Part shown: positions 29,201-37,893 of the stretch, one piece after another
Numbering within the stretch: the first letter of the stretch is position 1
How the letters are laid out: each line of letters begins with the position of its first letter
Assembly: GCA_045627045.1 (NCBI GenBank)
Contig: JAZQMY010000024.1
Location: forward strand, 18,408-82,407
Length of the DNA stretch: 64,000 nucleotides
Origin: Clostridia bacterium
GTDB taxonomy: Bacteria > Bacillota > Clostridia > HGM11327
Direction of reading: 5' to 3'
Program-made: the position numbers and the translations under genes
Notes under the pieces: model-generated
The model's input: the letters and a program-made list of their open reading frames with translations, nothing else
Told to the model about the DNA's origin: nothing
Databases searched by the model: none

Positions 29201-30641
29201 AAGGAACATAGAAATTCAGCGTTGTGATGAATGTGTTTCCGTTCTTTTCAGGCTTCTTGCAGTAGTCATCGCTCATCAAATCTGCTGAGCAGGTTACCAT
29301 ATACGGAGATGGGCCGCTGTTGCTGCAGTCATTCAAAAATGAGAAAACAGAAAAATAAGAACTACCGAGATCAGGTGATTTCCAGTTCAGTGTTGCGAGC
29401 TGCTTATTCTCGGCAAATACACCGCCGGCGACAGAAGTAAGTGTTGCAGGGAGAGTTATCTCTGTGATTGCTGTATTTGCAAAGCTGCGATAATCAAGGA
29501 ATTCAATCGCGATCGCCTCATCAGCACCGAAATCGGCTGCATATGAAGTACAGTTTTCAAAAGCTCTGCAGCCAACTGTATCAATATTCTTATTCCATAC
29601 TATATTCGTAAGTTTGTCGCAGTTACGGAACATTTCAGTCACGATCTTGCCCTTTTGGAGCTTAACGCCCACAATGCCTGAGCCTGCAAACTGACCGTAG
29701 CCCACAATCTTTGCATTTGTAAGATCAACTGTAACATTAGCCTCAGGATCAAAAGCTCTGCCGAATGATACTGAATAAATATAGCCTGTTACCTTTGAGA
29801 AATCAAAGCCTGTCAATGAAGAGCAGTTCTGGAAGCAGCCGAGGCCGATATCACCAATCGTTTTGTCGATTGTTACTGTCTCCAAAGAAGTACAGTTGTA
29901 GAAGGTGTAGTTTGCGAGGTCGGCTGAATGATCTGCCATACCTGCAGGCAGGTTGACTGATTTAACAGAGCTGTTTGCGAAAGCTCTCATACCGATAAAC
30001 TCAACTGAAGCAGGGATAGAAACATTTCCTATCGAGCTACAGCCTTCAAAGGCACCTGCGAGAACACAGATTGTGCCATCCTTAACAGTGAAGTTACCTG
30101 TATATGCAGGGTCAACACGAACAAGACACTCATTAACGTACAAAGCGCCGTCAACATAGTTGTTGCTGACATAAGCAGGGATATTGCTCAGTACTTTTGC
30201 AGTGTCAGGGATATCGTATCGCTTAGACTCGTAGATAATATCACTGTTGGTGTATTCTGTTTCATAACGCCATGAATAAAGGTTACCGCCGAGGTAATTT
30301 ATTCCTTCAGGTACGTTGACCTTGCTTACGCATTGCTGGTATTCCTGAGGAATTATCGCCTCTCCACTATCCAGACTGCTCTGCCAAATGGCAGTTACTG
30401 TATAGTCTTTGTTCTCAATCGTAACAACACTCGGGAATGTTACTTCCACCGGACTGTCTTCAGTTCCGTTCAGAACCTTCAAAACAGACACCATTGCCAT
30501 GTCACCATTTAAACTGCATTCCAATTCTAGGTTACCGACTTCATAGGTGAAGGTAGTCCCTGCAGAAGCAGTAAAACTCAGTAAGAACGCCAAAGCCATT
30601 GCAGCAACCAATAAAATGGCTACATATTTAAGTTTTTTCAT
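26286..30641 (-). CDS. giant cell-surface protein: signal peptide, BspA-type leucine-rich repeats, Cys-rich repeats, Listeria/Bacteroides-type (Flg_new) repeats and a C-terminal TM anchor
   Basis: 1451 aa. N-terminal signal peptide MKKLKYVAILLVAAMALAFLLSFTASA. Many BspA-like LRR units with the C(T/S)SL..V.I. pattern. Two ~45-aa Cys-rich repeats end ...EVGEPL(G/D)H. Flg_new-like units include GYTFEGWYADED...VYAKWT. The C-terminus has a hydrophobic helix plus KRKKAE. It overlaps the upstream GT2 gene by 4 nt. Confidence 0.75.
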   Translation of the reverse strand: MKKLKYVAILLVAAMALAFLLSFTASAGTTFTYEVGNLELECSLNGDMAMVSVLKVLNGTEDSPVEVTFPSVVTIENKDYTVTAIWQSSLDSGEAIIPQEYQQCVSKVNVPEGINYLGGNLYSWRYETEYTNSDIIYESKRYDIPDTAKVLSNIPAYVSNNYVDGALYVNECLVRVDPAYTGNFTVKDGTICVLAGAFEGCSSIGNVSIPASVEFIGMRAFANSSVKSVNLPAGMADHSADLANYTFYNCTSLETVTIDKTIGDIGLGCFQNCSSLTGFDFSKVTGYIYSVSFGRAFDPEANVTVDLTNAKIVGYGQFAGSGIVGVKLQKGKIVTEMFRNCDKLTNIVWNKNIDTVGCRAFENCTSYAADFGADEAIAIEFLDYRSFANTAITEITLPATLTSVAGGVFAENKQLATLNWKSPDLGSSYFSVFSFLNDCSNSGPSPYMVTCSADLMSDDYCKKPEKNGNTFITTLNFYVPFIEGNPSAFAELPYLETVNFKCEIETIRSGMFKFSPSLKTVTFAYPEKLLNIQSEAFEFCPSLESFPFEQMTSLTTIGSNAFMLGSGFFSAKAVNEMTGDIAGYGLKKADLSKTKLKTIQYAAFQNQFHIKSLITPETLEEAYSSVFVGTASLENVTMNGPVSAFQHYEESGWNYSLSASFYVTPSDTYYSYKYYDGCEPYPISCVNDTIKNFTALNAGPGTEYCELFVGFAGLENVTLGKMEVLPNNIFTNCVNLKTVNLPDTVKFGADGCSSGLKMFMNCANLTAVNAPKLTTINCEAFMYCGIKKITADMMPALTAIPNNCFMYCNDLASVEFTSVKTVGTNAFMNDNALKTVKLPALAEVQYRGFAKCGLEQVVVSDGVEYGKNAFQECRKLKNIIIENGRTEMSAFMFDSCEGIEKIALAPTLKTINWGAFKITDLYDSPEKPAAKISVLVPASVVLIEDDAFANREVDLILAGAPYISTKYEDNETSIYGSYSATTIGENSRIFYMTDAGKASAEEYAARDFDEDSAPDILKAVESLLIEITDAPEEVVAGEDLDTSAMTVKFLGETLTDDLYALDYDKSDVTLGNREVTLTLNDADETYYLVLKSSMSGASMLGEECSGTPGTVSEDKPQSASFDVNVKAKKYTLTFEVNEGSEIDAEDIEEGTEVDLSGYVTTKAGFEFKGWFDNSDFEGEPVTSLTMDEDKTVYAKWEKIHVHSYDKEVESDESFKSAADCENAAVYYKSCECGEISDTETFEVGEPLGHSFTTKPSAQKATDATCTEPETYYVQCDRCEEIDTEKTVEVGEPLDHDWGEWVSVNDTEHHRFCNNDNSHEETENHNIVNHECTVCDYVVPSYTVTFEMNGFGTQVEEQTVFEGDKAAKPADPSEEGYTFEGWYADEDCTEEFDFDAEIAENAIVYAKWTKNAAPITPEMGEKAGMTFWFVLMIAGIFALLAMVVCTKRKKAE

Positions 30642-32278
30642 TCTTCATTCTCCTTTTTTGATTTGTTTTTTTGGGACAGAATCCTGAATATTATACTTAA
30701 TAGACTTGTTCGCCATACCCTATCCCTTTCCAGGTCGTGAACAAATCCGGATTCCCACTGGGAAGCAGAAAGATTTCTGCAGCTGCATACGAATACAAAC
30801 GCAAACAGCAATTGATATAAATTATATATAAGCCAGAACAACAAGAGCAGGAAGTTCGTGCTCTGCTGTACAAGCATGAGTGACACCGTATTCACAATGC
30901 CTACTCCGGACAAGGCGATAAGGACCAGATACGGCACAAGATACCATACCGACCAACCGCTCTTTCCGCTCTTATCCGTTACCACGAAGCGGCGGCGTGA
31001 AAAGCCGAGTGTTTCGCTGATAACCGGGAAGAGAAGGAACGGGAACAGACACAGGTCATATATATCTGCCCACTTTGCGGAACGTATGCCGGATGAAAAG
31101 GCTCTGATTCCGAGCACTGCCATCAAATACATTGGAAGCCAGAAAATAAGCATCTGAACAAAGTCGCATCTCATTACCGTGATTCCGAATACGGCAAACA
31201 TCAGCGGCGCCATCAGATAAATCAACCTCTTGACCGGAGCAAACCAATATCCGACCGCCGTAATATAGCTGACTCTCTGAATGAAACTCAGACCCTTTGC
31301 CGTCAGAATATGTGTTTTGCGGCCCGACTGGATGCATCCTCTTGCCCAGCGTGAACGCTGTCTTATCAGCGCCGAGAGGCTCTCCGGAGAAAGTCCCTCT
31401 GCAAGCTCCTTTGAAATAGCGAAGCATCTGAAGCCTTTTTTCTGTATCTCAATGCCTGTTGCAAAGTCCTCTGTAAGAGTGCCTTCCGTAAATCCGCCTG
31501 CGGCATTCAGTGCCTTTCTTGAAAGCATTGTATTTGAGCCGCCGAATATAACGGAGTTTGTTCTGTTTCGTGCAGGCTCAAGATTGCGGTAAAAGTAATC
31601 CTGCTCATTCGGTATGCAATCCTGCACGCACAATGCTCTCTGGAAAAGGTCTGCATTTCTGAAGTTCTGCGGTGTCTGTACAAAACCTATCTTTCCGTTC
31701 AGAGCGCCCGTCTCTGTCAGGAAATAAGGCACTGTTTCCATCAGGAACTCCGGATACGGACACATATCCGCATCAAACACCACCACAAGAGGTGAGGAGG
31801 AGTTCTTCAATGCCGCATTAAGATTGCCTGCCTTTGCATTCGCACCGTTTTTTCTTGAAAGATAGTTTACCTGAAGAGATTCTGCAAGTTCTTTCATTTC
31901 ATCTCTTGCAGCATCATCGCAAAGGTAGATATGGACCTTTCTCGGATCGCTGTAGTTCATTCCTATACAAGCCCTGAGAGTCTTCTCCAGAAGCTCGGTC
32001 GGTTCTCCGTATGTAGGAACGAATATATCGACATCAGGCATATAGCTTGAAGTACGCTTTGGTTTCTCAGGCTCTTTGATAGGAGTCCACACACTTGTAT
32101 AGAAATGAACGATCATTTCGAAAACGCCCAGAATTTCCGTCAGAAGCAGTATCAGCGAGAAAATCACCGAGACGAGTCCGTGATCTGTCGGTATAGTCCA
32201 TCCAATTCGCCACACAATATATATCATGGCAAATACTATCAGGAGGGATAAGTAGATTTTTCCTGCGATTTTTTTCAT
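30638..32278 (-). CDS. GT2 processive beta-glycosyltransferase, cellulose-synthase (BcsA/CcsA)-like catalytic subunit without a PilZ domain
   Basis: 546 aa. Two N-terminal TM helices. DxD (VFDADM), TED (TEDFATG), QxxRW (QRSRW) and a gating-loop-like FxVTxK (FVVTDK) are present. About six C-terminal TM helices, with no approximately 100-aa PilZ beta-barrel after them. Confidence 0.8.
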   Translation of the reverse strand: MKKIAGKIYLSLLIVFAMIYIVWRIGWTIPTDHGLVSVIFSLILLLTEILGVFEMIVHFYTSVWTPIKEPEKPKRTSSYMPDVDIFVPTYGEPTELLEKTLRACIGMNYSDPRKVHIYLCDDAARDEMKELAESLQVNYLSRKNGANAKAGNLNAALKNSSSPLVVVFDADMCPYPEFLMETVPYFLTETGALNGKIGFVQTPQNFRNADLFQRALCVQDCIPNEQDYFYRNLEPARNRTNSVIFGGSNTMLSRKALNAAGGFTEGTLTEDFATGIEIQKKGFRCFAISKELAEGLSPESLSALIRQRSRWARGCIQSGRKTHILTAKGLSFIQRVSYITAVGYWFAPVKRLIYLMAPLMFAVFGITVMRCDFVQMLIFWLPMYLMAVLGIRAFSSGIRSAKWADIYDLCLFPFLLFPVISETLGFSRRRFVVTDKSGKSGWSVWYLVPYLVLIALSGVGIVNTVSLMLVQQSTNFLLLLFWLIYNLYQLLFAFVFVCSCRNLSASQWESGFVHDLERDRVWRTSLLSIIFRILSQKNKSKKENEE

Positions 32279-33423
32279 TATTTTTTCCTTTTTAAGTTTT
32301 TGAAAAAAAGTTTTCCCACATCCGTCAGATCTTCATCCTCCCACAAGCCGAGCTTTTCGCATTCCGGCTTGATTGCGGAAAACACTTCATCCTTATTGCA
32401 GAGTGACCATGCACACCAGCTTATTCCATGTGAGTTGAGATATATGACAAAATCCTCAGCCGCCTCAAGCGCCGGCTGACCGTCTTCCCCGTTATTTACT
32501 CCCCATTCGGAAACGAATACGGGAAGCTTTTTGCGTATCGCCGACATCATGATATCAAAATTATCATGCTGCCCTGCATAATAATGGAAGGCATACATCA
32601 GGTTCTTGTCCTCAAGAGGCTCCTTCACCGCATCCATAAGATTTGACGAGTACTCCGTGGTTCCCAGAATGATAAGTGCATTCGGAGAATTCTTTCTGAT
32701 GACTTCGCAAACGCTTCTGCCGTATGTGAGAACGTCCTGCCATTCAACAGCATTCGGCTCATTGCAAATCTCGTAAATCACTGCCGGATCATTGGGATAA
32801 TGCGAGGTGACCTCCGTGAAGAACTCAATGGCCTCATCCTGATGTGTGAGAGGATTGCCGTCATCAAGAATATGCCAGTCAACGATTACATACATATCAA
32901 GCTCTTTTGCAAGCTCTATTGCGGAATAAACAAGTGAAACGTTCTTCTCCCTGTCCTCAAGATATCCGCTGTTTGCTTCCGTATACATAGCCACACGGAA
33001 CACATTGCCGCCGGCATTCTTAATCGATAGCATAGCATCCATATTGACGTATTCTCCGAACCAACCTATACCGTGTGTGCTGAAGCCCCTCAGCTGAAAC
33101 GGCTCTCCCGAAGCATCGACCAGCTTCTCTCCGTCCACACAAAGAGCACCGTGTGTTGAAACGCCCTCTTTATACGCATTTGAGCCGAATGTGCATCCCG
33201 AAAGCAACAGAGCAGCATTCAGAATAAGCAGGAAAAACAGCTTCGCTTTCGGTTTGCGATTTTCTGTTTTCTTTTTACCCTGAATAGCCTCTTCGGGAGG
33301 ACTTCCCTGGGCATTTATATTTTTCAAGTTATGTTTACACCACCAATCTTTTCCGTACGGGAGAAAGATATTCCTGCCGTCTTTTTCCAAACGGACATAG
33401 TACCCCCTACCCATACTCAGCAT
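32278..33423 (-). CDS. GH5 (subfamily-2-like) endo-beta-1,4-glucanase, CcsZ/BcsZ-analogous, membrane- or lipid-anchored
   Basis: 381 aa. GH5 catalytic motifs IYEICNEPN (acid/base Glu) and VSEWGV (nucleophile Glu). A hydrophobic LFFLLILNAALLLSGC segment. Its stop shares a nucleotide with the GT2 start. Confidence 0.8.
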   Translation of the reverse strand: MLSMGRGYYVRLEKDGRNIFLPYGKDWWCKHNLKNINAQGSPPEEAIQGKKKTENRKPKAKLFFLLILNAALLLSGCTFGSNAYKEGVSTHGALCVDGEKLVDASGEPFQLRGFSTHGIGWFGEYVNMDAMLSIKNAGGNVFRVAMYTEANSGYLEDREKNVSLVYSAIELAKELDMYVIVDWHILDDGNPLTHQDEAIEFFTEVTSHYPNDPAVIYEICNEPNAVEWQDVLTYGRSVCEVIRKNSPNALIILGTTEYSSNLMDAVKEPLEDKNLMYAFHYYAGQHDNFDIMMSAIRKKLPVFVSEWGVNNGEDGQPALEAAEDFVIYLNSHGISWCAWSLCNKDEVFSAIKPECEKLGLWEDEDLTDVGKLFFKNLKRKK

Positions 33424-33544
33424 ATATTATAAAAATTTTTTACGATTCTGTCAAGTACTATTCGGCTCATTTCCTGAAAAATCATAAATTTTTTTATTTT
33501 TTGCATTTGATCCTGTTCAAAATCTTTTTCGGAAGAAAAAAAGG

Positions 33545-33585
33545 TATGAACCGATCGGATCCGGCCCATACCTTTTATTTACTTT
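33545..33585 (-). terminator. rho-independent terminator of the arg operon (after argF)
   Basis: On the minus strand the stem AGGTATG/CATACCT is followed by TTTTTTTC. Confidence 0.6.
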
Positions 33586-33604
33586 ATCTGTTTGCTGCCT
33601 CAGG

Positions 33605-34588
33605 TCAGAGCGTTGCCGCCATAACAGCCTTGATCGTATGCATTCTGTTTTCAGCCTCGTCGAAAACGATCGACTGGCTGCTCTCGAACACTTCATCTGT
33701 TACTTCCATTGAGTCTCTGTGGAATTTCTCGCCCATTTCCTTGCCGATCACCGTATTCATATCATGATATGACGGCAGGCAGTGCATAAATACTGCATTC
33801 TTGCCGGCAAGCTCCATTACCTTTGAATTGACCTGATAAGGTGAAAGAGCCTTTATTCTCTCTTCCCACACTTCAACTGGCTCACCCATTGAAACCCAGA
33901 TATCTGTGTAAATTACATCGGCACCGGTGACTGCCTTCTCAACGTCAGATTCAAAGTTAAGTGTTGCACCCGTTGTCTTTGCTATCTCCTCGCACTCTGC
34001 GATAAGCTTTTCATCCGGAAAATATTCCTTCGGAGCGCAGGCAGTGAAGTTGAGTCCCATCTTTGCCGCACCTACCATAAGTGAATTGCCCATATTGTAT
34101 CTCGCATCGCCCATGTACACAAAATTGATGCCCTTGAGCTTTCCGAAATGCTCTCTGATCGTCAGAAAGTCCGCAAGTATCTGCGTAGGATGAAATTCAT
34201 CCGTAAGTCCGTTCCACACCGGAACGCCTGCATACTTTGCAAGTTCTTCAACGATTTTCTGACCAAAACCTCTGTACTCGATACCATCGAACATTCTGCC
34301 GAGAACTCTTGCCGTATCGGCAATGCTCTCCTTTTTGCCTATCTGTGAACCGGTCGGATCAAGATAAGTAACGCCCATTCCGAGATCCCTTGCGGCTACC
34401 TCAAATGAACATCTCGTTCTTGTGCTTGTCTTCTCAAATATCAGAGCAATGTTTTTTCCTTCATGCATTCTGTGCGGAATTCCGGCCTTCTTCTTTGCCT
34501 TGAGCTCTGCCGCAAAATCAATGAGGTATTCTATTTCTTCGCTTGTAAAATCAAGCAACTTCAAAAAGTTTCTTCCCTTTAAGTCCAT
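33605..34588 (-). CDS. argF: ornithine carbamoyltransferase
   Basis: 327 aa. OTCase motifs STRTR, HPTQ and HCLP are all present. Confidence 0.9.
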   Translation of the reverse strand: MDLKGRNFLKLLDFTSEEIEYLIDFAAELKAKKKAGIPHRMHEGKNIALIFEKTSTRTRCSFEVAARDLGMGVTYLDPTGSQIGKKESIADTARVLGRMFDGIEYRGFGQKIVEELAKYAGVPVWNGLTDEFHPTQILADFLTIREHFGKLKGINFVYMGDARYNMGNSLMVGAAKMGLNFTACAPKEYFPDEKLIAECEEIAKTTGATLNFESDVEKAVTGADVIYTDIWVSMGEPVEVWEERIKALSPYQVNSKVMELAGKNAVFMHCLPSYHDMNTVIGKEMGEKFHRDSMEVTDEVFESSQSIVFDEAENRMHTIKAVMAATL

Positions 34589-34606
34589 GATAATTCTCTT
34601 CTGTTT

Positions 34607-35779
34607 TCAAATTTTTGCGGCATTTTTGATTACTTCAAGCGCTTTGACAAGAAGCTCTTTCTCAATATTGAGAGGAGGAAGCAGTCTTACCTTGTTCTTT
34701 GCCTTGAGAACAAGCACGCCGTTCTTTCTGCACTCGGCAATAACATCTCCTGCCGGCTTTTCTGTTTCTATACCTATCATAAGGCCCATTCCGGATACGC
34801 CTTTTATGCCGTCTGCACCGTTGAGCGTATCGAAAACAATCTTTGATTTCTCTTTTACCTCCTCAAGGAGCTCGTCATTTATCCTTGAAAGGATGTTGAT
34901 CGCACCTGCACAGGAAACAGGATTTCCGCCGAATGTTGAGCCGTGATCGCCCGGCTTGTAAACATCAGCCGTCTTTTCAAAGAAAAGCGTTGCGCCTATC
35001 GGAAGTCCGCCTGCAAGACCCTTCGCCGTAGAAACGATATCAGGCTGAATTCCGTAATTCATATACGCATAAAGCATTCCCGTTCTGCCGTTGCCTGTCT
35101 GAACCTCATCGGCAATAAGAAGAATATCGTTCTCCTTTGCGATTTTATCAAGCCCGTCAACAAAGTCCTTTGTCAGCGGATTTACACCGCCCTCGCCCTG
35201 AACGCATTCAAACATGATCGCGCAGACTTTATTATCATTTACCTTCTGCTTTACGTCTTCAATGTTGTTTGCTTCGGCATACACAAAGCCCTCTGTCAGC
35301 GGAAGGAATTTTTCGTGGAAAACATCCTGTCCTGTTGCGGCAAGAGTCGTTATCGTCCTGCCGTGGAAGCTGTTTTTCAGCGTAATTATCGTATTGTATT
35401 CTTTGCCTTTATGCTCTGCCGCATACTGTCTTGCCGCCTTGATGGCGCATTCGTTTGCTTCTGCGCCTGAATTTGAGAAGAAAACCTTCTTCATTCCCGT
35501 TCTGTCGGCAAGCATCTTTGCAAGCTCCGCACATGGACGCTGATAATAAAGATTTGATGTGTGCTGGAATTTTGAGAGCTGGTCTGTTACGGCTTTGAGC
35601 CACTCGTCATCCGCGTAGCCGAATGTATTTACCGCAATTCCGCTTCCGAGATCGATATATTCATTGCCTTCTGCATCCTTGACAAGAGCGCCCTTGCCCG
35701 ATACGAGCTCCACGGGGAATCTTGCGTATGTTCCGGCAATATACTGTTTATCCAATTCAATAGTATTCATATCATTCAT
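34607..35779 (-). CDS. argD: acetylornithine aminotransferase (class III PLP aminotransferase)
   Basis: Class-III aminotransferase pattern in arg-operon context. The start is taken as MNDMNTIELDKQY so that it does not overlap argB. Confidence 0.85.
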   Translation of the reverse strand: MNDMNTIELDKQYIAGTYARFPVELVSGKGALVKDAEGNEYIDLGSGIAVNTFGYADDEWLKAVTDQLSKFQHTSNLYYQRPCAELAKMLADRTGMKKVFFSNSGAEANECAIKAARQYAAEHKGKEYNTIITLKNSFHGRTITTLAATGQDVFHEKFLPLTEGFVYAEANNIEDVKQKVNDNKVCAIMFECVQGEGGVNPLTKDFVDGLDKIAKENDILLIADEVQTGNGRTGMLYAYMNYGIQPDIVSTAKGLAGGLPIGATLFFEKTADVYKPGDHGSTFGGNPVSCAGAINILSRINDELLEEVKEKSKIVFDTLNGADGIKGVSGMGLMIGIETEKPAGDVIAECRKNGVLVLKAKNKVRLLPPLNIEKELLVKALEVIKNAAKI

Positions 35780-36647
35780 CCACAAACATTGTTCCGATGC
35801 CTTCATCGGTAAGTGTTTCAATAAGAATTGCGTGAGGAATCGTTCCGTCAATGATAAATACCTGCTTTACGCCCCACTTGATCGCATTAACACAACACTC
35901 CACCTTCGGGAGCATTCCGCCTGAAATGATGCCGTCCGTAATAAGTCCCGGTGCTTCCTTGAGAGTTATCTTCGGAATAAGTGTTGACGGATCGTTCTTA
36001 TCCATAAGAATTCCGCTTATATCCGTCATTGAAATAAGGCTCTGTGCGCCAAGCTCTCCTGCGATCTTTGCGGCAGCTGTGTCGGCGTTGATATTGTAAA
36101 CATTGCCTTCCTTGTCGCAGCCAACAGTTGATATTACAGGAATGTAGCCCTTCTCTATCACGTCAAGCACCGGCTGAACATCAACCTTTGTAATTCTTCC
36201 TACAAAGCCGAGTCTCTCGTCCTTGACCTCTGCCTCAATCATATGTCCGTCCACACCTGAAAGGCCTATTGCTTTGCCGCCCTTGTTCTCTATGAGGTTT
36301 ACAAGGCTTTTATTGACCTTGCCTGCAAGAACCATCTGCACAATATCGACTGTCTCTTTGTCTGTGACTCTCAGTCCGTCAACAAATACGCTCTCCTTGC
36401 CGATTTTTTTGAGCATATCCGTTATTTCGGGGCCTCCGCCGTGAACAAGCACAACCTTTACTCCTATGAGGGACAACAAAACTATATCCTTCATTACGGA
36501 GTCCTTGAGCTCCTCATTTATCATGGCGTTTCCGCCGTACTTTATCACAATTATCTTGCCCGTGTATTTCTGTATATAAGGAAGTGCATGGACAAGTATT
36601 TTTGCCCTGTCTGCATTTGAAGTTTCCATCGCTTTCCCTCCGTTCAA
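35772..36647 (-). CDS. argB: acetylglutamate kinase
   Basis: NAGK motifs (VIKYGGNAM, LVHGGGP). The start is probably METSNADRAK. Confidence 0.9.
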   Translation of the reverse strand: MNGGKAMETSNADRAKILVHALPYIQKYTGKIIVIKYGGNAMINEELKDSVMKDIVLLSLIGVKVVLVHGGGPEITDMLKKIGKESVFVDGLRVTDKETVDIVQMVLAGKVNKSLVNLIENKGGKAIGLSGVDGHMIEAEVKDERLGFVGRITKVDVQPVLDVIEKGYIPVISTVGCDKEGNVYNINADTAAAKIAGELGAQSLISMTDISGILMDKNDPSTLIPKITLKEAPGLITDGIISGGMLPKVECCVNAIKWGVKQVFIIDGTIPHAILIETLTDEGIGTMFVDE

Positions 36648-36651
36648 ACCA

Positions 36652-37863
36652 TCAGGTTCTGTAATCGCCGTTTATCCTGACATAGTCATATGTCAGATCG
36701 CAGCCCCACGCAACCGATCCGGATGCGCCGTCATTAAGGTTGATTATGATATTGATTTCGTTCTCAAGGAGTATTTCCTTTGCCTTCTCCTCGGAGAAAT
36801 CAACTCCTGCACCGTTCTGACAAACAAGTATCTTGCCCTTTGCAGATTCAAACCAGACATCGATTTTATCAACGTCGACCTTTGCTCCGCTGTAACCTAT
36901 TGCGCAGAGAACTCTGCCCCAGTTTGCATCCGCACCGAACATTGCCGCCTTTGTGAGTGAAGAGCAGATAACTGACTTTGCAACTGTTTTTGCCGTCTTC
37001 TTGTCCTTCGCACCTGATACAACGCATTCAAGAAGCTTCGTTGCACCCTCACCATCGCCTGCTATTCTTCTGCAAAGATATACCGTAACAGTGTTGAGAG
37101 CCTTCATAAATGTATTGAAAGCCTTGCCGTTTCCGGTAATCATTTTGTTTCCTGCCATGCCGTTTGCAAGAACAGTAACCATATCGTTCGTTGAAGTGTC
37201 GCCGTCAACACTTACCATATTGAATGTGTTGCTGATGTCGCCTGAAAGAGCCTTCTGAAGCATATCGGGAGCAATGGCACAGTCTGTTGTGATGAAGACA
37301 AGCATTGTTGCCATATTCGGGTGGATCATGCCCGAGCCCTTTGCGATGCCGCCGATTCTGCACTCAACACCGTTTATTTCAAATGAAACGGCTATCTGTT
37401 TGAGCTTTGTATCGGTTGTCATGATGCCCTCTGCAGCATCCTCACTGTTATGTCCGAGAGAAGCAACAAGTGCATCCATTCCGTTTGCTATCGGAGCAAT
37501 GTCAAGAGGCTGACCGATTACTCCTGTTGAGGCAACCACAACGTCATTCTCTGAAATTCCGAGCTTTTCTGCGGCAAGCAAGCTCATCTTCTCTGCAATT
37601 TCTATTCCGTTTGCATTGCAGGTGTTTGCATTACCGCTGTTGCAAATGACAGCCTGAGCATATCCGTCTGAAATATGAGCCTTTGTGACCTTCAGAGGAG
37701 CGCCTTTAACAAGATTTGTCGTATAAACTGCTGCTGCAGCGGCTCTCTTTTCACTGAAAATAAGAGCTAAATCCTTTTTCTCTCTGTTCTTGCGGATACC
37801 GCAATGAATGCCGCCCGCAGTAAATCCTTTTGCGGCGCAAACGCCGCCATCAATCGTTTTCAT
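36652..37863 (-). CDS. argJ: bifunctional glutamate N-acetyltransferase / amino-acid acetyltransferase
   Basis: 403 aa. ArgJ pattern (GFTAGGIHCGI, self-cleavage region ATML). Confidence 0.9.
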   Translation of the reverse strand: MKTIDGGVCAAKGFTAGGIHCGIRKNREKKDLALIFSEKRAAAAAVYTTNLVKGAPLKVTKAHISDGYAQAVICNSGNANTCNANGIEIAEKMSLLAAEKLGISENDVVVASTGVIGQPLDIAPIANGMDALVASLGHNSEDAAEGIMTTDTKLKQIAVSFEINGVECRIGGIAKGSGMIHPNMATMLVFITTDCAIAPDMLQKALSGDISNTFNMVSVDGDTSTNDMVTVLANGMAGNKMITGNGKAFNTFMKALNTVTVYLCRRIAGDGEGATKLLECVVSGAKDKKTAKTVAKSVICSSLTKAAMFGADANWGRVLCAIGYSGAKVDVDKIDVWFESAKGKILVCQNGAGVDFSEEKAKEILLENEINIIINLNDGASGSVAWGCDLTYDYVRINGDYRT

Positions 37864-37893
37864 ATTTCCTCCACACAGATATGTCTGTCCTGT

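Noticed and set aside
34422-35470. Two plus-strand ORFs of about 175 aa
   Set aside because: They are antisense to argF and argD, whose protein motifs (STRTR, the class-III aminotransferase lysine) are unambiguous.
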